Counted from the stretch's first letter, positions 9,438 through 19,205 are shown. The stretch: 64,000 nt of DNA from Angustibacter luteus (GCF_039541115.1 NZ_BAABFP010000007.1:310001-374000); one strand, 5' to 3'. A program made the numbers and translations. Notes: generated from the letters alone by a model not told the origin.

Positions 9438-10898
9438 ATGGCACTGCTCGATGGGACCGGCTGGCACGGCAAGGTGTTCAGCGACGGCTGGACGACGTCG
9501 TCCGGCGGGGACGCACCGGTCACCGAGCCTGCCACCGGGGACGAGCTGGCGCGGGCCGGCAGCGCCGACGCCGCGGACGTGGACCGCGCCGTCGCCAGCG
9601 CAGCGGCCGCTCAGACGGCCTGGGCCGCAACGAACTTCGAGGAGCGGGCGGCGGTGCTGCGCGCTGTCGGCCGGATCTTCGAGGAGCAGGCCGACCACCT
9701 GCGCGACTGGATCGTCCGGGAGACCGGCGGCATCCCACCGAAGGCGGACCTCGAGCTGCACGTCGCCGCGCAGGAGTGCTTCGAGGCGGCCGCGCTGACC
9801 TCGGCCCCCCTCGGCGAGATCATCCCGTCGGCCCAACCCCGGCTCAGCCTGGTGCGCCGTCGTCCGGTCGGCGTCGTCGGCGTCATCTCGCCGTTCAACT
9901 TCCCGCTGATCCTCTCGATCCGCTCCGTCGCACCGGCCTTGGCGCTCGGCAACGCCGTCGTGCTCAAGCCGGACCCGCGCACGTCGGTCACCGGCGGGCT
10001 GATGATCGCCCGCGCGTTCGAGGAGGCCGGGCTGCCGTCCGGCCTGCTGCACGTGCTGCCCGGTGGGGTCGAGGCCGGCCAGGCGCTGGTCGAGCACCCA
10101 GGGGTGCGGGTGATCAGCTTCACGGGCTCGACCGCGGCCGGGCGCAAGGTCGGCGAGGCGGCCGGTCGGCTGCTCAAGCGCGCGCACCTGGAGCTCGGCG
10201 GCAACTCCGCGCTCGTGGTGCTCGACGACGCCGACCTCGACCTCGCGGTGAGCGCCGGCGCGTTCGGCTCGTTCATGCACCAGGGGCAGATCTGCATGAC
10301 CACCGGCCGCCACCTGGTGCACGAGTCGGTGGCCGACGAGTACGTCGGACGGCTGGTCGAGCACGCCCAGGCGCTCCCGGTCGGTGACCCGTTCCGCGAG
10401 CAGGTCGCGCTCGGCCCGCTGATCGACGCCGGGCAGCGCGACCGGGTGCACTCGCTGGTCACCGCGAGCGTCGAGTCCGGCGCGAAGGTGCTCGCCGGCG
10501 GTGAGTACGACGAGCTGTTCTACCGGCCCACCGTGCTCGACGGCGTCACGGGCGACACCCCGGCGTACGCGCAGGAGGTGTTCGGACCGGTCGCCCCCGT
10601 GCTGCGGTTCGCCGACCTAGAGCACGCGGCCGCGCTCGCCAACGGCACCGAGTACGGGCTCTCGCTCGGCATCCTGACCCGGGACGTGATGAAGGCGTAC
10701 GAGCTGGCGGAGCGGATCCCGAGCGGCATCGTGCACATCAACGACCAGACCGTCGGTGACGAGGCGGTCGCGCCGTTCGGCGGGGTCGGGGCGTCCGGGA
10801 CGGGCTCGCGCTTCGGCGGGGCGGCCGCGAACGTCGAGGCGTTCACCGAGACGCAGTGGCTCACCCTGCAGGCGGCGATCACGCCGTACCCCTTCTGA
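9438..10898 (+). CDS. Aromatic (benzaldehyde/vanillin-type) aldehyde dehydrogenase
   Basis: ISPFNFP, FTGSTAAG, LELGGN, HQGQICM, EVFGPV. Confidence 0.88.
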   Translation: MALLDGTGWHGKVFSDGWTTSSGGDAPVTEPATGDELARAGSADAADVDRAVASAAAAQTAWAATNFEERAAVLRAVGRIFEEQADHLRDWIVRETGGIPPKADLELHVAAQECFEAAALTSAPLGEIIPSAQPRLSLVRRRPVGVVGVISPFNFPLILSIRSVAPALALGNAVVLKPDPRTSVTGGLMIARAFEEAGLPSGLLHVLPGGVEAGQALVEHPGVRVISFTGSTAAGRKVGEAAGRLLKRAHLELGGNSALVVLDDADLDLAVSAGAFGSFMHQGQICMTTGRHLVHESVADEYVGRLVEHAQALPVGDPFREQVALGPLIDAGQRDRVHSLVTASVESGAKVLAGGEYDELFYRPTVLDGVTGDTPAYAQEVFGPVAPVLRFADLEHAAALANGTEYGLSLGILTRDVMKAYELAERIPSGIVHINDQTVGDEAVAPFGGVGASGTGSRFGGAAANVEAFTETQWLTLQAAITPYPF

Positions 10899-10914
10899 CA
10901 TGGCCGGAGGTCAC

Positions 10915-12102
10915 GTGCGCACCCAGGAGCGCACCCAGGTCGCCATCGTCGGGGCCGGCCCGGCGGGGTTGATGCTGTCCCACCTGCTGCACCTGCACGG
11001 CGTCACCTCGGTCGTGCTGGAGGTGCGGGACCGGGAGTACGTCGAGCACCGGGTCCGCGCCGGCGTCCTCGAGCAGGGCACCGTGGACCTGCTGCGAGAC
11101 AGCGGGATCGGGGCCCGACTGCTCCGCGAGGGGCAGCCCCACGAGGCGATCAACCTGCAGTTCGCCGGCGAGCGGCACCGGATCGCGATGACCGAGCTGA
11201 CCGGCCGGCGGATCACCGTGTACGGCCAGCAGGAGGTGGTGAAGGACCTCATCGCGCAACGGCTGGCGGACGACGGGCAGATCGTGTTCGAGGCCGCCGA
11301 CGTCGCGGTCGACGGGGTGGACAGCGACGACCCGGTGGTGCGCTACCGCGTCGAGGGTGCGCAGCACGAGCTGCGGGCCGACTTCGTGGTCGGCTGCGAC
11401 GGTTCGCACGGGGTCAGCAAGGACGCGGTGCCGGACGGGGTGCTGACCACCTACGAGCGGACGTACCCGTTCGCCTGGCTGGGGATCCTGGCCCAGGCCG
11501 CACCGGCCGTCCACGAGCTGATCTACGCCCGGCACGATCGCGGCTTCGCCCTGTACAGCCTGCGATCGCCGCAGGTCTCACGGCTCTACCTGCAGGTCGC
11601 CCCGGACGAGGACCTGGCGCAGTGGCCCGACGACCGGGTGTGGGCCGAGCTGCACACCCGGCTCGAGCTGGACGGCGACCCCGTGCGGGTCACCGAGGGA
11701 CCGGTGCTGGAGAAGGGCATCACGCCCATGCGCAGCCTGGTCGTCGAGCCGATGCAGCACCGGCGGCTGTTCCTGGCCGGCGACGCCGTGCACATCGTCC
11801 CGCCGACCGGTGCCAAGGGCATGAACCTGGCGATGGCCGACGCGAACCTGCTCGGCCAGGCCTTCGACTCCTGGTACGGCCGGGGCGAGCGAGAGCTCCT
11901 GGACGGCTACTCCCGCACCGCACTGCGCCGGGTCTGGCGGGCGCAGCACTTCTCCTGGTGGATGACGTCGATGCTGCACACCTTCGGCGGCGCCGACCCG
12001 TACGAGGAGCAGCTCGCGCTGTCCCAGCTGCGGTACGCGACGACGTCCACGGCCTACGCGACCTCCCTGGCGGAGAACTACGTCGGCCTGGTCGACGTCT
12101 GA
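10915..12102 (+). CDS. pobA: 4-hydroxybenzoate 3-monooxygenase
   Basis: TQVAIVGAGPAG, RVRAGVLEQG, VYGQQEVVKDL, LAGDAVHIVPPTGAKGMN, LAENYVGL; GGAGG RBS. Confidence 0.93.
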   Translation: MRTQERTQVAIVGAGPAGLMLSHLLHLHGVTSVVLEVRDREYVEHRVRAGVLEQGTVDLLRDSGIGARLLREGQPHEAINLQFAGERHRIAMTELTGRRITVYGQQEVVKDLIAQRLADDGQIVFEAADVAVDGVDSDDPVVRYRVEGAQHELRADFVVGCDGSHGVSKDAVPDGVLTTYERTYPFAWLGILAQAAPAVHELIYARHDRGFALYSLRSPQVSRLYLQVAPDEDLAQWPDDRVWAELHTRLELDGDPVRVTEGPVLEKGITPMRSLVVEPMQHRRLFLAGDAVHIVPPTGAKGMNLAMADANLLGQAFDSWYGRGERELLDGYSRTALRRVWRAQHFSWWMTSMLHTFGGADPYEEQLALSQLRYATTSTAYATSLAENYVGLVDV

Positions 12103-12103
12103 G

Positions 12104-12913
12104 CTAGCGGGCACGGGCGATCGTCAAGGTCATCGCGAAGTGCTTGTCGACGGAGCCGCCGAAGTCCCGGTCGATCAGCACCCGCAGGGCGTCGAGCCGC
12201 TCGGCGCGCTCCGTCGGGGGCAGCGCCCGGGTCGTGGAGAACGTGTCGACCAGCGCCGCGAACCGCTGCGCGGAGTAGCGCACGACGACCGGGTACACCA
12301 GGAAGTCCACCGGCTCGAACAGGTCGGGATCAGCCGGCTCCGGCTGCAGCTCGCCCACCGACGGCAGTCGCGGCTCGTCGTCCGGTGAGGCGCCGTGGGC
12401 GTGGCGGCGCGGGTGCGGTCGTTCCGTCGACCGCCGGTAGATGTCCTGGGACGCAGCGAAGAACGCGTCGCCGGACTCGTGAGCGACGTGCTCGCTGTAG
12501 ATCACGGCGAGGTGGCCGCCGGCACGCAGCAGGTCGTGCGGCCGTCGCCAGCGGACGGCCTCGGGCACCCAGTGCAGGGACGTCGCGGCGTACACCACGT
12601 CGAACGCCTGTAGTGGCAGGTCGGTGCTCTCCACGGCTCCCTGCACCACGTGGACCCGCGGGTACGGCGCGAGGTGCTCGCGAGCCAGCCGGGCCATCGC
12701 GCCGCCGAGCTCGACGGCCGTGATGGCGAACCCGCGGGCGGCCAGGGGCACGGTCGCCTGGCCGGTGCCGGGACCGATCTCCAGCAGCGCCGAGTCCGGG
12801 CCGATCCCGGTCGCCGCGACGAGGGCGTCGAACAGCTCGTCCGGGTAGCCGGGTCGCACGTCCGCGTACTGGGTGGCGACGGCGTCGAAGGTCGTGCGTA
12901 GGTCGTCCGACAT
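12104..12913 (-). CDS. Class I SAM-dependent methyltransferase
   Basis: FDAVATQYADVRPGYP, LLEIGPGTGQAT. Confidence 0.85.
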   Translation of the reverse strand: MSDDLRTTFDAVATQYADVRPGYPDELFDALVAATGIGPDSALLEIGPGTGQATVPLAARGFAITAVELGGAMARLAREHLAPYPRVHVVQGAVESTDLPLQAFDVVYAATSLHWVPEAVRWRRPHDLLRAGGHLAVIYSEHVAHESGDAFFAASQDIYRRSTERPHPRRHAHGASPDDEPRLPSVGELQPEPADPDLFEPVDFLVYPVVVRYSAQRFAALVDTFSTTRALPPTERAERLDALRVLIDRDFGGSVDKHFAMTLTIARAR

Positions 12914-12931
12914 CGGTGCGACCCCCTTCCG

Positions 12932-13013
12932 TGCGGGAGAAGGGACTCGAACCCTCACGCCCGAAGGCACAGGAACCTAAATCCTGCGTGGCTGCCAGTT
13001 ACACCACTCCCGC
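12932..13013 (-). tRNA. tRNA-Leu(TAG)
   Basis: Cloverleaf GCGGGAG...CAGGA-TTTAGGT-TCCTG, long variable arm, GGTTCGAGTCC T-loop. Confidence 0.95.
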
Positions 13014-13037
13014 TCGCGGCCACAGCCTACGAGAAGG

Positions 13038-13502
13038 TCACACGCCCAGCTGCTTGCGCAGCGACGCCACGTGCCCGGTGGCCTTGATGTTGTACCGGGC
13101 GAGCTCGACGTCCCCGTCCTCGCCGACGACGACGGTCGAGCGGATCACGCCGGTCACCGTCTTGCCGTAGAGCTTCTTCTCGCCGAACGCGCCCCAGGCC
13201 GTCAGCGTCGCCTTGTCCGGGTCGGACAGCAGCGGGTAGGTCAGCGACTCCTTCTCGACGAACTTCGCGAGCTTCTCGGGCTTGTCCGGGCTGACGCCGA
13301 GCACCTCGTAGCCCGCGGCCTGCAGCGGTGCCAGGCTGTCCCGGAAGTCACAGGCCTCCTTGGTGCAGCCCGGCGTCATCGCCGCCGGGTAGAAGAACAC
13401 GACGACCTTGCGGCCGCGCAGGTCGTGCAACGAGACCTCGCGCCCGGTCTGGTCGGTCAAGGTGAAGTCGGGGGCGGGCTGGCCGACGGTGAGCTGGGGC
13501 AC
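13038..13502 (-). CDS. bcp: Thioredoxin-dependent thiol peroxidase Bcp
   Basis: APDFTL, FFYPAAMTPGCTKEACDFRD. Confidence 0.95.
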   Translation of the reverse strand: MPQLTVGQPAPDFTLTDQTGREVSLHDLRGRKVVVFFYPAAMTPGCTKEACDFRDSLAPLQAAGYEVLGVSPDKPEKLAKFVEKESLTYPLLSDPDKATLTAWGAFGEKKLYGKTVTGVIRSTVVVGEDGDVELARYNIKATGHVASLRKQLGV

Positions 13503-13644
13503 GGTGCGCCTCTCGTTCGGGACTGCGGTGCTGGGTCGTGCTCCATCTCATCATCTCCCGCTGCCCCGCAGGGCCGCGGCCGGTAGGTTGTGCGGAGCCG
13601 AAGCAGCACGCACCAGCACCGCCGGACCAGAGCAGGGAGACGCC

Positions 13645-13905
13645 GTGAGCCAGACAGACCCCGCTGCCATCGAGTCCGAGATCGTGGCCACCCGCGACCA
13701 CCTCAAGGGCACGGTGGACGAGCTCGCCCACCGCCTGACCCCCAAGGAGATCGCCCGGCGTTCCGTCGCGGAGGCGAAGTCCGACGTGCGCGAGGCGACG
13801 ACCAACCCCGACGGCTCGCTGCGGGTGGAACGGATCGCTGCCGTGGCCGCTGCCGTGGCCGCCGTCGTCGGTCTGCTCGCCGTGCTGCGTCACCGCCGGT
13901 CCTGA
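13645..13905 (+). CDS. DUF3618-like small membrane protein
   Basis: DPAAIESEIVATRDHLKGTVDELAHRLTPK plus C-terminal TM helix; usual neighbour of bcp. Confidence 0.75.
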   Translation: MSQTDPAAIESEIVATRDHLKGTVDELAHRLTPKEIARRSVAEAKSDVREATTNPDGSLRVERIAAVAAAVAAVVGLLAVLRHRRS

Positions 13906-13906
13906 C

Positions 13907-14449
13907 GTGGCGACGACCCGGCGTACCCCGCGGGGCGTCGTCCCGGTCGAGCCCCAGCCCGGCCAGGAGTCGGTCTGGGACTACCCCCGGCCGCCGCGCA
14001 CCGAGCCGTCGTCCGAGCACGTGGTCGTGCGGCTGGGCGGTGCCGTCGTCATCGACACCCGACGCAGCCTGCGGCTGCTGGAGACCAGCCACCCGCCCAC
14101 GTACTACCTGCCGCTGGACGACGTCGCCCCCGGCGCCCTGCGTGCGGCCGCCGGTTCGTCCTTCTGCGAGTGGAAGGGCATCGCGTCCTACCTGGACGTC
14201 GTCGGCGGCAGCGACGGCGGCCCGGACGGGCAGCCGGTGGTCGCGGAGCGGGCGGCCTGGACGTACCCGCACCCCACACCTCCCTTCGAGCACCTGGCCG
14301 GCTACCTCGCGCTGTACCCGGCGCGGATGGACGAGTGCACGGTGGACGACGAGCCGGTCCGGGCGCAGGAGGGCGGCTTCTACGGGGGCTGGGTGACCGG
14401 GCGGGTGGTCGGTCCGTTCAAGGGTGGTGCGGGCTCGTCGTCCTGGTGA
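13907..14449 (+). CDS. DUF427 domain protein
   Basis: QESVWDYPRPP, LETSHPPTYY, SFCEWKG, FYGGW. Confidence 0.85.
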   Translation: MATTRRTPRGVVPVEPQPGQESVWDYPRPPRTEPSSEHVVVRLGGAVVIDTRRSLRLLETSHPPTYYLPLDDVAPGALRAAAGSSFCEWKGIASYLDVVGGSDGGPDGQPVVAERAAWTYPHPTPPFEHLAGYLALYPARMDECTVDDEPVRAQEGGFYGGWVTGRVVGPFKGGAGSSSW

Positions 14450-14461
14450 CGCGCGGGTAGC

Positions 14462-14806
14462 GTGCACCCCGTGAGCCCCACCGATCCCACCTCCCGGCTG
14501 CCGATCCGGATGCTGCACGACCGGTTGCTGGTCTCGGCCGACGGCGACGGCGGGGAGCGGCGCAGCGGCGGGGGCATCGTGATCCCGGCCACGGCGGCGG
14601 TCGGCAAGCGGCTGTCCTGGGCCGAGGTGAAGGCCGTCGGGCAGCACGTGCGCCAGGTGCAGGTGGGGGACCGGGTGCTGTTCGACCCCGAGGACCGGTC
14701 CGAGGTCGAGCTGCAGGGCGCGCCCTACGCGTTGCTGCGCGAGCGGGACGTGCACGCCGTCGCCGCGTCCCGGGTCGACGACGGCCAGACGGGCCTGTAC
14801 CTCTGA
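14462..14806 (+). CDS. GroES-family co-chaperonin paralog
   Basis: IRMLHDRLLV, GGIVIPATA, VQVGDRVLF, LLRERDVHAV. Confidence 0.85.
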   Translation: MHPVSPTDPTSRLPIRMLHDRLLVSADGDGGERRSGGGIVIPATAAVGKRLSWAEVKAVGQHVRQVQVGDRVLFDPEDRSEVELQGAPYALLRERDVHAVAASRVDDGQTGLYL

Positions 14807-14865
14807 GCGCGCGCGCGAACGCCCGCTACACCGCGCTGGACGTCGACGGCCCGCTCCCGCGGGAC

Positions 14866-16188
14866 ATGCTGCGCGACCTGCTGGCGATCCGCCGTGACCC
14901 GCTGCGCTACCTGGAGCGGGTGGTGGCCCGGTACGGCGACCTGGTGGCGTTCCCGTTGCCGCGCACGCCGGTGCTGCTCGTCAACGACCCCGACGGCGCC
15001 CGCCGGGTGCTCGTGGAGAACGCGCGCGGCTACTCCAAGCAGACCGTGCAGTACGGCGCGCTGGGCGCGGTCACCGGTGCGGGCCTGCTGACCGCGGACG
15101 GTCCGGAGTGGCGCCGGCACCGGCGGATCGCGCAGCCGGCCTTCCACCACGGCTCGCTGGACGCCGTCGCCGACCAGTCCGCGCGGGCGGCCCAGCACCT
15201 GCTGGGGCAGTGGCGCGACCTCGCGCCCGGAGCGGTCGTGGACGTCGACGCGGCCTGCCTGCGGGCCACCCTGGACGTCGTCGGCGGCACCCTGTTCGAC
15301 GCGGACCTGGCGGCGGATGGCGCGCGGATCGTCACGGCGGTCGGCGAGGCGCTCGAGGTCGTGGTGGCCCGGGCCCGCGCCCCCCGGCCGGCCTGGCTCC
15401 CGCTGCCCTCCAAGCACCGGCTGGACCGGGCGGTCGCCACCCTGGACGAGACGTGTGCGCGCGTCGTCCGGTCGCGTCGGGCCCGCGGGATCGAGCCGGC
15501 GGCGAGCGACCTGCTGGCCCTGCTGCTGCGCTCGGCCGACCCGGACGCGGACGGGCAGGGCGGCCTCACCGACCGCGAGGTACGCGACGAGATCGTCACC
15601 CTGGTGATCGCCGGGCACGAGACCGTGGCGTCCTCGCTGGGCTGGACCCTGCAGCTGCTCGCCGAGCACCCCGCCGTCCAGGACCGCCTGCACGCCGAGC
15701 TCACGCAGGTGCTGGAGGGGCGCCGTCCGGGCTGGTCCGACGTCCCGGCCCTGCGCTACACCCGGCGGGTCGTCGACGAGGCCCTGCGGCTCTACCCGCC
15801 CGCCTGGGTGCTTACCCGACGCGCCGTCGAGGCCGACGTGGTGGCCGGCGTCGACGTCCCGGCGGGAAGCCTCGTGATCATCAGCCCGTGGCTTCTGCAC
15901 CGGCGCGCCGAGGCGTGGCCCGACCCGGCGGCGTTCGACCCGGACCGGTTCGCCGCCGACCGCGCCGCCGCGCCGCGGCCGGACTACCTGCCCTTCGGGG
16001 TGGGTCCGCGGCTGTGCATCGGGCGCGACTTTGCCCTGGTGGAGTCGGTGCTCGTGCTGGCGACGCTCCTGCAACGGGTCCGGTTCGAGCCGGTGCGGCG
16101 CGACGGTGCGCCCACCCGCCCGGACGTCGACGCCCTCGTCACCCTGCGCCCGCACGGCGGCCTGCCGCTGCACGTCCAGCCGCGCTGA
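14866..16188 (+). CDS. Cytochrome P450
   Basis: AGHET, EALR (ExxR), PFGVGPRLCIG heme motif. Confidence 0.95.
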   Translation: MLRDLLAIRRDPLRYLERVVARYGDLVAFPLPRTPVLLVNDPDGARRVLVENARGYSKQTVQYGALGAVTGAGLLTADGPEWRRHRRIAQPAFHHGSLDAVADQSARAAQHLLGQWRDLAPGAVVDVDAACLRATLDVVGGTLFDADLAADGARIVTAVGEALEVVVARARAPRPAWLPLPSKHRLDRAVATLDETCARVVRSRRARGIEPAASDLLALLLRSADPDADGQGGLTDREVRDEIVTLVIAGHETVASSLGWTLQLLAEHPAVQDRLHAELTQVLEGRRPGWSDVPALRYTRRVVDEALRLYPPAWVLTRRAVEADVVAGVDVPAGSLVIISPWLLHRRAEAWPDPAAFDPDRFAADRAAAPRPDYLPFGVGPRLCIGRDFALVESVLVLATLLQRVRFEPVRRDGAPTRPDVDALVTLRPHGGLPLHVQPR

Positions 16189-16298
16189 CGACGCGGGCGC
16201 TGGGCCGTCCGGGGGACAGCGCCCCCCACCGGTGAACCCGGTGGCCGATCGTGCCGATCACGCGCGCAGGCCTTGTCTGTGCAGGGAAGGGATCGACG

Positions 16299-17768
16299 GT
16301 GATCGCGAGCACCACCGAAGCGCACTGGACCCCGCGTCCCGTGCTGGCCTTCGGCGTGCGCGTGGTCCAGTACGGGCTGCCGCTGCTCGCCGGTTCCGTG
16401 GCGGTCACCATCGTGGCGCCGATGCTGGTCGGGCTCGTCCCGCACCCGGCGGTGATCGGGCTGTCCCTGGCCGTGGCGGTCGTCGTCAGCCTGTTCGTCT
16501 CGCACCTGACGATGCGGCTCGGACCGCTCGCCGTGCTGCTGAAGATGACCATGATCTTCCCCGACCACGCGCCGACCCGGCTGAAGGTGGCCCGTCGCTC
16601 CACGAGCGCGGACGAGATCCGCCGCCGGCTGACCAGCGGACGCACCGACGAGCACGAGGCCGCGATCACCATGCTGTCGCTGGTCACCGCGCTCGGGCGC
16701 CACGACCGGCACACCCGCGGGCACAGCGAGAGGGTCCGGCTGTTCTGCGACCTGCTGTCCCGCGAGCTCGGGCTGTCCGAGGAGGACGCCGGGCGGCTGC
16801 GCTGGGCCGCACTGATCCACGACATCGGCAAGCTCGAGGTCGCCGTCACGGTGCTGAACAAGCCGGGTCGGCTGAACGTGCGCGAGTGGGCGCAGATCCG
16901 GATGCACCCGCAGGCCGGGGCGCGACTGGCGCGGCCGCTGGCACCGTGGCTCGGGCCCTGGTTCGCCGGCATCGCCGAGCACCACGAGCGCTTCGACGGC
17001 ACCGGCTACCCGTTGGGGCTGGCCGGTGACCAGATCTCGCTCGCCGGGCGCGCCGTCGCCGTGGTCGACGCCTACGAGACGATGACGGCCGCCCGCACCT
17101 ACAAGGCGGCCGTCTCGGCCGTCGCCGCCCGGGCCGAACTGACCCGCTGTGCCGGCACGCACTTCGACCCGGCCATGGTGCGCGCCTTCCTCGGCATCGC
17201 GCTGCCGCGGCTGCTGTGGTCCGTGGGACCCCTCGCGTTCTTCGTCAACCTCCCGGTGCTGCGCTGGGTCGGGGACGGCGGGGCGCGGCTGGCGCAGGCG
17301 TCGTCCACCGCCGTCAACGTCGCCGGGGTCTCAGCGGTCGTCGTCGCCTCCGGCGCCCTGCCCGCTGCGGCCGCCGACCCGGCGCCCAGCGCCGCCAGGC
17401 CCGGCGTGCACCAGGTCAACAAGCAGCCGTCCGAGCACGGCACGAAGAAGTCCGGCGGCAAGGTCGCACGCCCGTCCGGGGGTGCCGCGCGGCCCGCGTC
17501 GGGTTCGGCCGCTCGGGCCACCGCGCCGCCGGCGGCGGCGAAGCAGTCCGGGGCGACGGCGGCGCCGACGCCGGCATCGACCGGTGCGCCGACGGACGTC
17601 CCGCTGCCCTCCGGAACGGCGTTGCCGCCGCCCGGTCCGACGGCGACCAGCGTTCCCACGCCCACGGCCTCGGTGACCGACAACAGCCAGCACGGTCCCA
17701 AGAAGAAGAAGCGGGGCAGGGGCAGGGGCAAGGGCAAGGGGAGCCACGAGAGCGGACACGACGGCTGA
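16299..17768 (+). CDS. Membrane-bound HD-GYP domain protein with low-complexity tail
   Basis: TRGHSERV, LIHDIGK, HHERFDGTGYP, GTHFDP. Confidence 0.85.
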   Translation: MIASTTEAHWTPRPVLAFGVRVVQYGLPLLAGSVAVTIVAPMLVGLVPHPAVIGLSLAVAVVVSLFVSHLTMRLGPLAVLLKMTMIFPDHAPTRLKVARRSTSADEIRRRLTSGRTDEHEAAITMLSLVTALGRHDRHTRGHSERVRLFCDLLSRELGLSEEDAGRLRWAALIHDIGKLEVAVTVLNKPGRLNVREWAQIRMHPQAGARLARPLAPWLGPWFAGIAEHHERFDGTGYPLGLAGDQISLAGRAVAVVDAYETMTAARTYKAAVSAVAARAELTRCAGTHFDPAMVRAFLGIALPRLLWSVGPLAFFVNLPVLRWVGDGGARLAQASSTAVNVAGVSAVVVASGALPAAAADPAPSAARPGVHQVNKQPSEHGTKKSGGKVARPSGGAARPASGSAARATAPPAAAKQSGATAAPTPASTGAPTDVPLPSGTALPPPGPTATSVPTPTASVTDNSQHGPKKKKRGRGRGKGKGSHESGHDG

Positions 17769-17834
17769 ACCCCTTCTGCTGGAGGATCGCCAGGGTGTAG
17801 AGATGGCGCCACCCCGAGGAAGGCGACCCCGCCC

Positions 17835-18869
17835 ATGAACGCACTCCCGCTGTTCCCGACGTCCCTGGTCGGCAGCTACCCGCAGCCCGACTGGCTGATC
17901 GACCGCGCCAAGCTGGCCGGCCGGTTCCCGCCCCGGGTGCGGGCGCGAGAGCTGTGGCGGCCGGACGAGGCGTACCTCGCGCAGGCGCAGGACGACGCGA
18001 CCCTGCTGGCGATCCGGGCGCAGGAGGACGCCGGGCTCGACATCGTCACGGACGGCGAGATCCGCCGCGAGAGCTACTCCAACCACTTCGCCACCCGGCT
18101 GGACGGCGTCGACATCGACAACCCCGGCGTCGGCATGGACCGCAGCGGGCACCCGAACCCGGTGCCCCGGGTGGTGGGTCCGATCAGTCGGCCCGGGCCG
18201 ATCCAGCGCCCGGACCTGGAGTTCCTGACGGCGCACACGGACCGGACGACCAAGGTGACCGTGCCGGGACCGTTCACCATGTCGCAGCAGGCCCAGGACG
18301 ACTTCTACGGCGACCCCCGCTCGATGGCGCTCGCCTACGCCGAGGCCGTCAACCAGGAGGTCAAGGACCTGTTCGCGGCGGGGGCGGACGTCGTCCAGAT
18401 CGATGAGCCGTACATGCAGGCGCGTCCCGAGCCGGCCCGCGAGTTCGGGCTGGAGGCGCTCAACCGCGCCCTGGAAGGGGTGGTGGGCAGCACGGTCGTG
18501 CACATCTGCTTCGGGTACGCGGCGATCATCCACGAGCGGCCGTCGGGCTACTCGTTCCTGCCCGAGCTGGCGGACTGCTCCTGCGACGCGGTGTCGATCG
18601 AGACGGCCCAGTCGAACCTGGACCCCGTGGTGCTGAAGCACCTGCCCGACAAGACGATCCTGCTGGGCGTGCTGGACCTGTCCGACCCCGTCGTCGAGCC
18701 GCCCGAGGTGGTCGCCGCCCGGGTCCGCCGGGCGCTGCCGTACGTCGACGCCGAGCGGGTGGTGCTGGCCAGCGACTGCGGGATGAAGTACCTGCCGCGC
18801 GAGTCCGCGGAGGGCAAGATGCGCTCGCTCGTCGCGGCCGCGCAGGTGCTGCGGGCTGAGCTGGGCTGA
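17835..18869 (+). CDS. Cobalamin-independent methionine synthase II (MetE C-terminal-like) family protein
   Basis: TSLVGSYPQP, DGEIRRESY, QIDEP, VHICFG, SDCGMKY. Confidence 0.88.
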   Translation: MNALPLFPTSLVGSYPQPDWLIDRAKLAGRFPPRVRARELWRPDEAYLAQAQDDATLLAIRAQEDAGLDIVTDGEIRRESYSNHFATRLDGVDIDNPGVGMDRSGHPNPVPRVVGPISRPGPIQRPDLEFLTAHTDRTTKVTVPGPFTMSQQAQDDFYGDPRSMALAYAEAVNQEVKDLFAAGADVVQIDEPYMQARPEPAREFGLEALNRALEGVVGSTVVHICFGYAAIIHERPSGYSFLPELADCSCDAVSIETAQSNLDPVVLKHLPDKTILLGVLDLSDPVVEPPEVVAARVRRALPYVDAERVVLASDCGMKYLPRESAEGKMRSLVAAAQVLRAELG

Positions 18870-18891
18870 GCTGGGCTGAGCTGGGCTGAGC
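18853..18891. repeat. Tandem 10-bp repeat (GGGCTGAGCT) x ~4 across the stop codon
   Basis: Directly visible in the sequence. Confidence 0.85.
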
Positions 18892-18965
18892 CGAAGGCGG
18901 TCGTTTCGTCCGTTGACGCGGTCCGGCCCCCGGCGGATCGTGGGTCATGATCACCGGAGGTGGCC

Positions 18966-19115
18966 ATGGCCAGTCGGATCGTGTGCCTCGTGATCGGGCA
19001 CAAGTACACCCGGGTCTACGCGCCGGGCAGTACCGCGTACACGGTGAAGTGCACGAGGTGCGGGAAGGTCGACGAGGACCCGCCGACCCGCAACGTCCCC
19101 GCGGGGGGCGTCTAG
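18966..19115 (+). CDS. 49-aa small Cys/His protein (absent from the ORF track)
   Basis: GGAGGTGG RBS; MASRIVCLVIGHKYTRVYAPGSTAYTVKCTRCGKVDEDPPTRNVPAGGV*. Confidence 0.6.
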   Translation: MASRIVCLVIGHKYTRVYAPGSTAYTVKCTRCGKVDEDPPTRNVPAGGV

Positions 19116-19162
19116 GGGTCGACGACGACTCAGCCCGCAAATGACTCAGCCCGCAAACGACT

Positions 19163-19195
19163 CAGCGGGCCCTCCCCGAAGGGGAGAACCCGCTG
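19163..19195 (-). terminator. Probable original terminator of the host tRNA-Lys gene
   Basis: CAGCGGG..CTCCCC-GAA-GGGGAG..CCCGCTG hairpin just downstream of the displaced tRNA 3' end. Confidence 0.6.
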
Positions 19196-19205
19196 GTCAA
19201 CACTG

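Noticed and set aside
12914..12970. N-terminal extension of the methyltransferase into tRNA-Leu (also ORF extensions over tRNA-His)
   Set aside because: Overlaps the tRNA; downstream ATG starts fit better
14462..14806. GroES without GroEL as a novelty
   Set aside because: Orphan GroES paralogs near bcp are common in actinobacteria
17710..17745. GGCAGG/GGCAAG hexamer repeats
   Set aside because: Encode a low-complexity GR/GK tail; no sign of separate function
16299..17768. HD-GYP (16299) and PilZ (53098) as a linked c-di-GMP module split by the prophage
   Set aside because: Unrelated genes and a tRNA separate them even after excision; no evidence of linkage
18853..19167. Possible CRISPR array
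   Set aside because: Units are 10-16 bp tandem copies without unique spacers, and no cas genes are present
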